NCBI GenBank assembly: GCA_023397655.1 | Contig: JAEWTW010000057.1 | Span: 50,842 to 114,841 of the forward strand | Direction of reading: 5' to 3' | DNA: 64,000 nt | Source: Bacillota bacterium | GTDB lineage: Bacteria; Bacillota; Clostridia; Christensenellales; SZUA-584 | Shown: in pieces, positions 28,926 through 37,267 of the stretch | Position numbering within the stretch: position 1 is the first letter of the stretch | How the letters are laid out: every line of letters starts with the position of its first letter | The notes under the pieces: model-generated | The model's input: the letters and a program-made list of their open reading frames with translations, nothing else | Told to the model about the DNA's origin: nothing | The model's database searches: none | Position numbers and translations under genes: made by a program

Positions 28926-29411
28926 ATGTGTAATGATTTTATTTACTGGGCTAAAGATCATGGATGGGATATAGTTATTAAATCTGATGCTCTTCTTGAA
29001 TTAAACAATAACATTACTTCAAGATATGGAAGTATACCTCGTAGCTATATTAAGTTTTTAAAAAAGGTTAAGAGATGCATATCACCTGGTGAGAAAACAT
29101 GGTTTTTATGTGAAGACGAGTACAATAATAACTCGGATATAGCATTTAAATGGAACGAATTTGAGATATTAAGTCTTGAAGTAGCCAAGAATGATAATGA
29201 GTGGAAATATGAAATAGCCTCATGGTGGGATAGGTACTTACCAATAGTTTTGTCAGTTGATGATGGATATTCTTTCTTCGCTATTGATTTAGCGAATGAT
29301 ATAGGGACTATCGTACAAGGATTTGAACCTGAATTCGAAGAGGTGGAGAAAATAGCAAATAGCCTAGAAGATTTTTTCAGATTAATTATGAGTAATGCTA
29401 TTAAAATTTAA
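28926..29411 (+). CDS. SUKH/SMI1-KNR4-like immunity protein (cassette 2)
   Basis: RBS GGAGGAG. 161 aa and AT-rich. YGSIPRSYIKFLKK ... YLPIVLSVDDGYSFFAID pattern. Confidence 0.7.
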   Translation: MCNDFIYWAKDHGWDIVIKSDALLELNNNITSRYGSIPRSYIKFLKKVKRCISPGEKTWFLCEDEYNNNSDIAFKWNEFEILSLEVAKNDNEWKYEIASWWDRYLPIVLSVDDGYSFFAIDLANDIGTIVQGFEPEFEEVEKIANSLEDFFRLIMSNAIKI

Positions 29412-29488
29412 AAACAAAAAATCAATGCTTTAATAATGCGTGTGAAGCGGTAGATAAGGAGAACTATAACTAGTTAATATAATACTTC

Positions 29489-29517
29489 GCCGGGCGTTGC
29501 CCCGGCTTATTTTTTTG
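29489..29517 (+). terminator. Cassette-boundary hairpin terminator 2
   Basis: GCCGGG-CGTTG-CCCCGGC followed by TTATTTTTTT. Confidence 0.7.
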
Positions 29518-29537
29518 CCATCGGAAAGGCCAAATCG

Positions 29538-30331
29538 ATGTATGACGCCTCCCTTCAAAGCCTGGAAAGCGGCATTGTGCAAAGCGCGCCGCAGCCCGCG
29601 GCGGAGCTGATGCAGCAGGCGGACGTGGTGGAGAAACGGCTGGGCGAGGTGTACAAAGCGGCGGGAGTGGGAAAAGGCTATTCGCTGAAAACGAACACAT
29701 CACAACCACAACTTACATCGGAAGCCTCCGCCACAGACGTCGGTACCCTGTTCAGCGACTATTCGACGCCATCGGCGCAGACGAGATGCCGCCGTTTGCG
29801 AAGTTCGAGAAGATGTACCGCGAAGGCGGGGACGCATGGGAAGAGCTGTCGCTGAAAAAGGATTGGAAGGATGCGCTGAAGAGCGGTGAGGTTGAGCCTT
29901 TTACGCGGTTTGAAGACTATCAGGCGACGGCGGGCGTGGACGGAACGGGGGGAATGGGATATAATGAAACCGTCAATGTTGATACATTTGACTTTGGCAA
30001 ATACCTGAGGGGTAAGATTGGGGATCCGCCTGCTGATATGGCTGACCCGCACGCCCATCACATACTTTTCAAAAAAGGGCTTGGACCTGCGCAGCAAGCG
30101 TTGGTTCAAGAAGGACAGGCGATTTTGTGGCGAGTTGGAATTAATCCAACCTTCGGCTTAGAGAACCTAGTGTGGGCGCCGAACAGGGTAGTGGGGCAAC
30201 ACGATATTGAAGCGCTGAGAAATGTTTTGAAGCAGTTGAGAGAAGTGGAGAAATATGGTGGAGATTATGATGATATGAGTGAGGCACTGAAAAAACTGGG
30301 TGATCTTGCGGCCAAAAGGAGGAAAAGCTAA
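29538..30331 (+). pseudogene. Orphan toxin tip, cassette 3: AHH-type HNH/EndoVII nuclease, frameshifted within the anchor
   Basis: ORFs 29538-29855 and 29786-30331 are one reading unit split by a missing T (GACTATTCGAC at ~29757-29767, versus GACTATTTCGAC in the main gene). The tip motif is DPHAHHILFKKG. Confidence 0.7.
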
Positions 30332-30832
30332 ATGGATTTGTTACCAGTTGCAAAGGAAATAAGAACTGCAATAAAGCAAGGAGATGCTGAAAAGGTTAAG
30401 GAGTTAATTGCGGATAATAAAGACCTTTTAAATTTACTGACTCCGTTCGGCACTTGGGTGCATGTTGCTTCGTCCCGAGGAAAACTAGATATTGTGATAC
30501 TCCTTATAGATATGGGTATCGATATAAATATAAGCGCAGGTATGTTTGGAGGGACAGCAATTAATGAGGCGGCAAATGAAGGAAATCTCGAAATTGTAGA
30601 TTATCTGCTTTCTTGTGGTGCTAAATTGGACACATCTGAGCCAGAAAAGAATCCTCTATTTAGTGCAATATTGAGTGGGAATAAAGACATAGTCCAACTA
30701 CTGCTGAACAACGGGATTGACGCTTCCGTCAGGTATACAGGGGAATATATGAAAGATATGGATGCTTATGATTTTGCCATAGAGCGCGGGCAGAAAGAAA
30801 TTGCCGAAATGCTGAAACCATACAGGAAATAA
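30332..30832 (+). CDS. Ankyrin-repeat immunity protein (cassette 3)
   Basis: ATG abuts the toxin TAA, and the RBS AAAGGAGGAAAA lies inside the toxin 3' end. Ankyrin units: GTWVHVASSRGKLDIVILLIDMGIDIN, TAINEAANEGNLEIVDYLLSCGAKLD, NPLFSAILSGNKDIVQLLLNNGID. Confidence 0.8.
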   Translation: MDLLPVAKEIRTAIKQGDAEKVKELIADNKDLLNLLTPFGTWVHVASSRGKLDIVILLIDMGIDINISAGMFGGTAINEAANEGNLEIVDYLLSCGAKLDTSEPEKNPLFSAILSGNKDIVQLLLNNGIDASVRYTGEYMKDMDAYDFAIERGQKEIAEMLKPYRK

Positions 30833-30851
30833 GACCAGAGTATTTGAATTT

Positions 30852-30879
30852 GCCGGGCGTTGCTCCGGCTTATTTTTTT
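30852..30879 (+). terminator. Cassette-boundary hairpin terminator 3
   Basis: GCCGGG-CGTTG-CTCCGGC followed by TTATTTTTTT, nearly identical to terminator 2. Confidence 0.7.
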
Positions 30880-30974
30880 GCCATCGGCAAAGCCAAATCG
30901 ATGTATGACGTCTCCCTTCAAAGCCTGGAAAGCGGCATTGCGAAAAGCAGCTCACCGCCGAAACGATCGATGGA

Positions 30975-32528
30975 GTGATAGAATCGGGTACGCTCTCGCA
31001 GGAGGAAACCGACACTTTAAAGACGATCAAAGCCCAAATCAACGCTACCGGCATCAATCCCGATGTTGTCAATCCTGTCACAGATGTAAAGACCGGCGAC
31101 ATCACCGCCCCGTATATCGTCAACATCGACGCCTATGTGGAAAGCATGGCCGCGCTTAACGCTATCGCCGGCTTTGCGCCTGCCGCGATACGCGGCGGAG
31201 CGGACGCGGCGGCACAGGGTGGAGATGCGTGGGATATCATATCCGGTTCGCTGATAGACGGTACACTTGCTGCAATATCTTTCGGAGGAATCGCGGGCGC
31301 GGCGGAGAATGCCATGGGCTCGCTGCTCGCTAAGGCGCCGGGGCTCATCAGGGCGGCAGCGCCCGCCATTACGGCTGTGACTGGCGCTACCGTGGCGGCG
31401 GTTGCCAACACGGGGTTTAATATCATCACAGACGCGATGCGCGGGCGCGACATCGACTGGGAGCAGCAGGCCGCCAGCCTGGGCATAGACTTCCTGTTCG
31501 GGCTGTTTACACGAGGTAAAAACGGCAACACCTATACAGACCCGCAGACCGGCAAGCCCATCGACATCCCCGACGGCAAAATGCTGGCAGATGTGAACCC
31601 TGAAGCAGCCAGCTTTTACAAGGGGCTGGGTGACACCAAGGTCACCGGCGGACTGGACAACGCGATGGGGGATATCTATATGAATTATATGGATATACCG
31701 GAAAGCGTGGTGTCAAGAAGCGGCTTTGAGGATTTCCGGACGGCATATTATATCTATGACGGGAACCCAACGATAGCGAACGCTGCGGCTTTCCTAAAAG
31801 AAGCGTCAGAGATATATGACATGCCCGGTGTGACGAAATATACCTTTGACCCGCAGAGAAAGATCAACGCCGCCATGGAAGCAGATTTCAATGCCAAAGT
31901 GAGCGGAATGCTGGACGAGGCATATGCTGCAGGCGAGGTCGGAATGCCTGCGGGAGAGTTCGCGCAAGACAAAGGCGTTCCCGGCACATTGACAGATGCG
32001 GACGCGGCTGGCTTGACGATGAAGATGGACGGAGATGGGAACGGGGGGTATAATGGTGGAGATGGAAATGCTGAAGGTGCGAGTAAGATAATTAAAACTC
32101 TTCCCCAATATGCACCTGATCCAAATGCCGTTCCAATGGGGCAAAAAACAAAGATCAGCCCAAACTGTGATTCAGAAACTACCAGATCTTTGACGAGGGA
32201 AAATGAATCAGCGGACATCTTAGCTAAGAAAGGATATGCTATTAAACAAAATCCTAAAGTGGACGGTTCTAAAAAGCCCGATTATAAAATTGGCGAAGAA
32301 GTCTTCGATAACTATTCACCGAGCTCAAATAAAAGTCCAAGGGGAATTGCTAGTGAAGTAAAAAGTAAAATTGAAAAAGGACAGACAGAAAGAGTAGTGT
32401 TAAATTTGTCCGATTGGAAAGGGAACATTAATGATTTAGTCAAACAGATCAAAGACTGGCCAATAAAGGGGTTGAAAGAGTTGATAGCAATAGATAAAAA
32501 CGGAAACGTTTATCATCTGTTCCCATGA
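30975..32528 (+). CDS. Orphan long alternative C-terminal arm, cassette 4: Gly/Ala-rich hydrophobic segment, second pre-toxin region, PD-(D/E)xK-like nuclease tip (tentative)
   Basis: 517-aa ORF. The frame is actually open from ~30909, but it is +2/-1 relative to the anchor-B copy at 30886-30950. Tip: ENESADILAKKGYAIKQNPKVDGSKKPDYKIGEEVFDNYSP...GQTERVVLNLSD, resembling CdiA-CT/Tox-REase-type domains. Confidence 0.6.
   Translation: MIESGTLSQEETDTLKTIKAQINATGINPDVVNPVTDVKTGDITAPYIVNIDAYVESMAALNAIAGFAPAAIRGGADAAAQGGDAWDIISGSLIDGTLAAISFGGIAGAAENAMGSLLAKAPGLIRAAAPAITAVTGATVAAVANTGFNIITDAMRGRDIDWEQQAASLGIDFLFGLFTRGKNGNTYTDPQTGKPIDIPDGKMLADVNPEAASFYKGLGDTKVTGGLDNAMGDIYMNYMDIPESVVSRSGFEDFRTAYYIYDGNPTIANAAAFLKEASEIYDMPGVTKYTFDPQRKINAAMEADFNAKVSGMLDEAYAAGEVGMPAGEFAQDKGVPGTLTDADAAGLTMKMDGDGNGGYNGGDGNAEGASKIIKTLPQYAPDPNAVPMGQKTKISPNCDSETTRSLTRENESADILAKKGYAIKQNPKVDGSKKPDYKIGEEVFDNYSPSSNKSPRGIASEVKSKIEKGQTERVVLNLSDWKGNINDLVKQIKDWPIKGLKELIAIDKNGNVYHLFP
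31498..31700 (+). repeat. Recombination anchor C (codes FGLFTRGKNGNTYTDPQTGKPIDIPDGK.LADVNPEAASFYKGLGDTKV...)
   Basis: Nucleotide-level copies start at 33173 (cassette 5), 35700 (cassette 7), 37213 (cassette 8) and 38632 (cassette 9). Cassettes 5, 7, 8 and 9 stay similar to each other further downstream, up to NAAMEADAA. Confidence 0.8.
31835..32065 (+). repeat. Recombination anchor D (codes TKYTFDPQRKINAAMEADFN...DGDGNGGYNGG)
   Basis: A copy lies at 34592-34822, immediately upstream of the cassette 6 tip. Confidence 0.8.
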
Positions 32529-32543
32529 AAGGAGTAACATATT

Positions 32544-33044
32544 ATGGCTATAAATTATACATTATTGACTCAGAGTAAAGAATTAACTAGTGAAATGCTT
32601 ATGCATCAATTAAGAAATATTGGTATGATGTGTGATGAACCAATTATATTAGAAAAAGGTATAGAAATAAATCAATTTCAGAATACAATTGGGCTTACTA
32701 TTTATTTAATTGACTCGGGAAATCCACCATATGATGCTTATGATTTTGATTTATTAAGCAAGGAATTTAAATATTTGAAATCTTTAAGTTTCAGATTAAA
32801 CAAAGATTTTGAAGATTCAGAAATTCAATGGAAAGCAATGATCACTATTGTTTTTTCTTTGATGAACCAAGTAACAACAAATGCAATTTTTGCATTTGAG
32901 ACAGACATCCTCTACTGCTTGTTTACAGAAAAACATGAATTATTTATTAATTCTCAAACAGGCATCAAGGAAAAACCTTATTTTCAAGAATATTCAAATG
33001 GTTGGAAATGTAATGATATTACAAATAGTATTATTGATTTTTAG
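32544..33044 (+). CDS. Putative immunity protein (cassette 4), family unassigned
   Basis: RBS AAGGAG. 166 aa and strongly AT-rich. The assignment rests on its position directly after the toxin tip. Confidence 0.6.
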   Translation: MAINYTLLTQSKELTSEMLMHQLRNIGMMCDEPIILEKGIEINQFQNTIGLTIYLIDSGNPPYDAYDFDLLSKEFKYLKSLSFRLNKDFEDSEIQWKAMITIVFSLMNQVTTNAIFAFETDILYCLFTEKHELFINSQTGIKEKPYFQEYSNGWKCNDITNSIIDF

Positions 33045-33129
33045 AAATGTGGATATATTTCACTAAATAGGGAATTTGAATTTCATTCTTTAAAAATATT
33101 TAAATGTAAATTTATTTATACACCTGCGC

Positions 33130-33156
33130 GCCGGGCGCTGTCCGGCTTTTTCTTTT
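33130..33156 (+). terminator. Cassette-boundary hairpin terminator 4
   Basis: GCCGGG-CGCTGT-CCGGC followed by TTTTTCTTTTC. Confidence 0.65.
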
Positions 33157-33206
33157 CTTGACCCCAAAATCGCATCGACATCCCCGACGGCAAAACACTG
33201 GCGGAC

Positions 33207-34121
33207 GTGAACCCCGAAGCGGCCAGCTTTTACAAGGGGCTGGGCGACACAAAGGTCACCGGCGAGCTGCACAGCGCCATGGGGGACATCTACATGAATT
33301 ACATGGACATCCCCGAGAGCGTGGTGTCCAACGCGGAATTCGCACCGCTTGAGACAGCCTACCGCAACTACGAAGCGAACCCGACGGTAGCGAACGCGGC
33401 TGCTTTTATTGATGAAGCCGGAAAGGTGCAGCGCATCGCGAGCGGCAATGGGTATAACGTGGACAGCCCGAATGTAAAGGTTAATGCGGCGATGGAGGCG
33501 GATGCGGCAGGATTAGGGGCGCAGTCTGAGATTGGCGTTGAGGCCACTGACATAGGGGCAACAGCAAAAGATATCGGAGCCGGTGCTATGGACATCGGGA
33601 AGAATGCGGCGGATATTGGAGCAACTGCCAAGGCATATGTTGACAGCGAGAATGGCGTGGGGGATAATGGAAGTGGAAAAGTTACAGGAATTATTGATGG
33701 CATTAAGATCATAGACGGAAAAGTTGGCGGAAAGATTCCGTTAGATGAATTTAAGTCGATAAGGAAGCTATCAATTAAAAACCCTGATGCTGATTCTATG
33801 ACTTTAGGTAGATATACTCATGGAAAGGATTCTTACATTCAGAGAGCAGGAACCAACTCGTCCTACTTCGATTTGGGAAATGATTGGAAAGCACTAAAAA
33901 CAAATTACAACCTCACTGATCAAGAGTTGTTTGAGCTTTTTAATGTAGTTGCATTGGAAGAGGCATTAATAAAAGGAAAGACTCTCCGCTTTTCCCATAA
34001 TCCTTTGGATGACAGCAATAGAAAGACGTTCTTATTTCAAGAGTGGAAATATATTAAAAAACGACTATTCTTGAATGATAAAAATCTATTTTATGACGGA
34101 GGATTCTGGTATGTTGGATGA
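33207..34121 (+). CDS. Orphan toxin tip, cassette 5: unassigned toxin domain
   Basis: Anchor C copy, then four DIG repeats, then the AT-rich tip from ~33690 (TLGRYTHGKDSYIQRAGTNSSYFDLGNDW...LRFSHNP). The 'start' is an in-frame GTG within the anchor, with no RBS. Confidence 0.6.
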   Translation: MNPEAASFYKGLGDTKVTGELHSAMGDIYMNYMDIPESVVSNAEFAPLETAYRNYEANPTVANAAAFIDEAGKVQRIASGNGYNVDSPNVKVNAAMEADAAGLGAQSEIGVEATDIGATAKDIGAGAMDIGKNAADIGATAKAYVDSENGVGDNGSGKVTGIIDGIKIIDGKVGGKIPLDEFKSIRKLSIKNPDADSMTLGRYTHGKDSYIQRAGTNSSYFDLGNDWKALKTNYNLTDQELFELFNVVALEEALIKGKTLRFSHNPLDDSNRKTFLFQEWKYIKKRLFLNDKNLFYDGGFWYVG

Positions 34122-34452
34122 TGAAGCAAGGGAAAATATAAGAATAGTAAGAAAAATAGCAGAAAATATATGGGATGGAAAATGTAGCTTTGGTGATATA
34201 AAAGTTACCAATTCACCATACGCTGAATTTATAATGCCATTGATTCTTTATAATAGCGTTAACGTAATACTGACATATGATCGCTCTATATTAGGAATTG
34301 CAATTAAGCAGGAAGGAGGAGAAATATGGCTAGATGATTTAACTACTCAGTTAGTTTATGATGGTTTTGAGAGCTGCAAGCCAGAAAACATAGAACATAA
34401 TTTTAAAATATTGGATACGATAGCTCGGGAAATAATTAATAGAGAAATTTAA
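34111..34452 (+). CDS. Putative immunity protein (cassette 5)
   Basis: ATG 34111 follows GGAGGA and overlaps the toxin stop (34119-34121) by 11 nt. 113 aa and AT-rich. Confidence 0.6.
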   Translation: MLDDEARENIRIVRKIAENIWDGKCSFGDIKVTNSPYAEFIMPLILYNSVNVILTYDRSILGIAIKQEGGEIWLDDLTTQLVYDGFESCKPENIEHNFKILDTIAREIINREI

Positions 34453-34629
34453 ATAAATAAGTAAATAACATTTACAGCCTGAGTTATTTTATATTAACGC
34501 AGGCCTTTTTTATCTAAATTGGGAGCTAATCACCGTGAACGCAGGAACGAAATTTGTTTTAACGATATTAAGGGTCAGTAAGAGTGTGTAACATATACCT
34601 TTGACCCACAGAGGACAATCAGCGCCGCT

Positions 34630-35304
34630 ATGGAAGCGGATTTCAATGTCAGAATACGCGGTATGATGGACGAAGCATATGCGGCGGGCGAGGGCGGATT
34701 ATCTGCGGGAGAGTTTGCACAAGGCAAAGGCGTTCCCGGCACATTCACGGATGCGGACGCGGCTGGCATGACGATGAAGATGGACGGAGAGGGGGATGTT
34801 GGGTATAATGGAGGGCAAGGAAATAAAGATGTATTACCTGATGCTTTAATTCGCGGAGATGATATGCCTTATTCTGAAAAGAGGCCAAATGGTATATCAA
34901 AGTCTCATTTAACATCTGAGGGTGATCTTGCTCCTGCAAACATTAAAGGACAGTATAAAGGAAGAATGGTCACGGTTGCAGAACATATTCTCGGTGGCTA
35001 TAGGAAAGGGGCTAAGGGAAATAGCCCGTATACGAGTTTTACATATGAGGACGGGATTGTAACTAATTATGGGAACAATGTTATCCAAGTCAATTTAAAG
35101 GAGATCATTGATGATATTGTGAATGGGAAACTCAAAGGTGTTGAGGTGTTGACTCCAAGCCATGTACAAGCCGCAATTCTATCTGACGTCCAATTAAACG
35201 ATTACTGGAGAAATCTAGCTATAAAATGGACTAGGAGAGATAATGAGTGGCTAATAAAGGGCATGATACCCAGAAAATACTTAACAATAATGGAGGACGC
35301 ATAA
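34630..35304 (+). CDS. Orphan toxin tip, cassette 6: possible ART-fold (H-Y-E-like) toxin
   Basis: Frame is open from 34582. An anchor D copy is followed by a tip with AEHILGG, SPYTSFTYEDG and RRDNEWLIKGMIP. The ART assignment is tentative. Confidence 0.5.
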   Translation: MEADFNVRIRGMMDEAYAAGEGGLSAGEFAQGKGVPGTFTDADAAGMTMKMDGEGDVGYNGGQGNKDVLPDALIRGDDMPYSEKRPNGISKSHLTSEGDLAPANIKGQYKGRMVTVAEHILGGYRKGAKGNSPYTSFTYEDGIVTNYGNNVIQVNLKEIIDDIVNGKLKGVEVLTPSHVQAAILSDVQLNDYWRNLAIKWTRRDNEWLIKGMIPRKYLTIMEDA

Positions 35305-35579
35305 TGGAAATCTTATTTAAAAAAGAAACGATAGGCAAGATAGAGAATACATATAGAGAAGATTACTGGGTACACGGCAATTTCATCCCATATATTTCAT
35401 ATTTGAAGTATAAAGATTTTCTCGATGCGGTTGTTTGTGAAGATGGGATGGACGAAACTCAATTCGATAAAGCGTTACTGGACGAGAAAAATTGGTTTAT
35501 TGTAGATAGAGATGAACTCAAGGAGATATGGATACCAGCTATTTACGCTGACGGCGATATATCAATTAGGTATAGATAA
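35304..35579 (+). CDS. Putative immunity protein (cassette 6)
   Basis: TAATG overlap with the toxin stop. RBS GGAGGA. 91 aa. Confidence 0.6.
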   Translation: MEILFKKETIGKIENTYREDYWVHGNFIPYISYLKYKDFLDAVVCEDGMDETQFDKALLDEKNWFIVDRDELKEIWIPAIYADGDISIRYR

Positions 35580-35635
35580 AGCCGGTCTCTTCTTCAATAA
35601 TCAGTACAAAACCTAATAATATATAAATTTAATGA

Positions 35636-35666
35636 AGCTGGAAAAATTAAAACTCCAGCTTTTTCT
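35636..35666 (+). terminator. Cassette-boundary hairpin terminator (after cassette 6)
   Basis: AGCTGGA-N11-TCCAGCT followed by TTTT. Confidence 0.55.
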
Positions 35667-35828
35667 TATATCTTCGCTAACATGAACAGAACCTTTTAGT
35701 TCGGGCTGTTTACACGAGGTAAAAGCGGCAACACCTATACAGACCCGCAGACCGGCAAGCCCATCGACATTCCCGACGGCAAAACGCTGGCGGACATCGA
35801 CCCCGAAGCAGCCAGCTTTTACAAAGGC

Positions 35829-36674
35829 TTGGGCGAAACGCGAATGGATGGCGAACTGCACAATGCCATGGGAGACATATATTTGAGTTATATGGATATT
35901 CCCGAAAGTGTGGTGTCACGCTCGGAATTCGCACCGCTTGAAATAGCATACCGCAACTACGAAGCAAACCCGACGGTAGCGAACGCAGCAGCTTTTATCG
36001 ATGAAGCCGGGAAGGTGCAGCGTATAGCGGTTGGTAATGGGTATAGCGTGGACAGCCCGAATGTGAAGGTTAATGCGGCGATGGAGGCGGATGCGGCGAA
36101 GCGGTTGGGGACGGCTGGTGCATATTCTGAGCGCGTTGACAGTTTCGCAAATATAGAAGATAATAACAATAAAAATATTGGTGTGTTAAAGAAGAAAAAT
36201 GTTACCCAAGTTGCATATGGCGAGCAATATATTAAAGGAAAGAATGGACGAAAAGAACTAAAATCCAATGTAGCTTATACGACTGCTGATGGTTACAAAT
36301 ACTCGACGGATGAACTTGGGCGTATTGATGAAGCGGACGGAATGCTTGTCAGAGGCGATGGCAAAAGAAATGAGTATGCGCAAAGTATCATTGGTCGAGA
36401 AGATAGACTGCCAACGGATGATGGAGGGCATCTTATTGCCAGAATATTTAAAGGTTCTGGGGATATTGACAATCTGGTGCCAATGGATGCGACATTAAAC
36501 CGCGGTGATTGGAAGGCAATGGAGAATACATGGAAAAGGGCACTTGATGAAGGTGGCGAAGTGAGAGTAAAAATTAGACCTATTTATGAAGGCTCATCAA
36601 CAAGGCCAGTTTCTTTTGTGGCAAAGTATAGTATTGAAGGACAAAACATGAAGATTGTTGTATTTGATAATTAA
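35829..36674 (+). CDS. Orphan toxin tip, cassette 7: EsaD/YeeF-type DNA/RNA non-specific endonuclease (Endonuclease_NS_2)
   Basis: DDGGHLIARIFKGSGDIDNLVPMDATLNRGDWKAMENTWKRALDEGGEVRVKIRPIYEGSSTRP is a close match to the EsaD/YeeF-CT pattern. The anchor C copy starts at 35700. Confidence 0.8.
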   Translation: MGETRMDGELHNAMGDIYLSYMDIPESVVSRSEFAPLEIAYRNYEANPTVANAAAFIDEAGKVQRIAVGNGYSVDSPNVKVNAAMEADAAKRLGTAGAYSERVDSFANIEDNNNKNIGVLKKKNVTQVAYGEQYIKGKNGRKELKSNVAYTTADGYKYSTDELGRIDEADGMLVRGDGKRNEYAQSIIGREDRLPTDDGGHLIARIFKGSGDIDNLVPMDATLNRGDWKAMENTWKRALDEGGEVRVKIRPIYEGSSTRPVSFVAKYSIEGQNMKIVVFDN

Positions 36675-36684
36675 GGAGACAAAA

Positions 36685-37155
36685 ATGATTGATGAAAGAA
36701 ATCTAACAAAATACTATCAAAGTATTGCTGAGAAATTAGATGATATAGTTCCTTTCGAATGGGACGAGATAGTTATGTATGGTGAAGAATTTGGAGATGT
36801 CAGAACTGCTTGTTTGTACTATAAACAAAAAGGAAAAGAAAATTATAGATCAGGCGGGCTAATTCCAAGTGAAAATTCTGTAGATGCTGATATTTATGCA
36901 GGATTAGTATATGAATTGATTCAAATAAATAAAAGATTGTGGAAAGAATTTTTGGATGCAGAGATACCGTTATGGGTAACAATTACTTTTCATTTATCCT
37001 CCGATTATCATTTTAAAGTTAAATTTGGATATGAAGCAAATAGGGAATTAAGCAGTACAGAACGAGAAATACACTGGGCATATAATGAGCTTGGGATAAT
37101 ACCTGAAGATGGTTTTTCCAAAAAAATACTTGAAGAATACTTATCTGGAAATTAA
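36685..37155 (+). CDS. DUF600/YezG(EsaG)-family immunity protein (cassette 7)
   Basis: RBS AAGGAG. YYQSIAEKLDDIVPFEWDEIVMYGE...ACLYYKQ matches the DUF600 N-terminal pattern. This family is the known partner of EsaD/YeeF-type nucleases. Confidence 0.75.
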   Translation: MIDERNLTKYYQSIAEKLDDIVPFEWDEIVMYGEEFGDVRTACLYYKQKGKENYRSGGLIPSENSVDADIYAGLVYELIQINKRLWKEFLDAEIPLWVTITFHLSSDYHFKVKFGYEANRELSSTEREIHWAYNELGIIPEDGFSKKILEEYLSGN

Positions 37156-37176
37156 ATAAGGATACTAATGCTTGTA

Positions 37177-37210
37177 GGCCGGAGAGAAAAACTTTCCGGC
37201 TTTTTTATTT
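37177..37210 (+). terminator. Cassette-boundary hairpin terminator (after cassette 7)
   Basis: GCCGGA-GAGAAAAACTT-TCCGGC followed by TTTTTTATTT. Confidence 0.7.
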
Positions 37211-37267
37211 GCTGACCCGCAAACCGGCAAAGCCATAGACAGCCCCGACAGTAAAACGCTGGCGGAC

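Noticed and set aside
30860-31159. Alternative-frame ORFs across the anchors (30860-31159, 33158-33352, 29470-29709, 26870-27244, 35710-35967, 38652-38852)
   Set aside because: These are off-frame or antisense readings of the GC-rich anchor sequences. The same nucleotides have a conserved coding frame in the main toxin gene.
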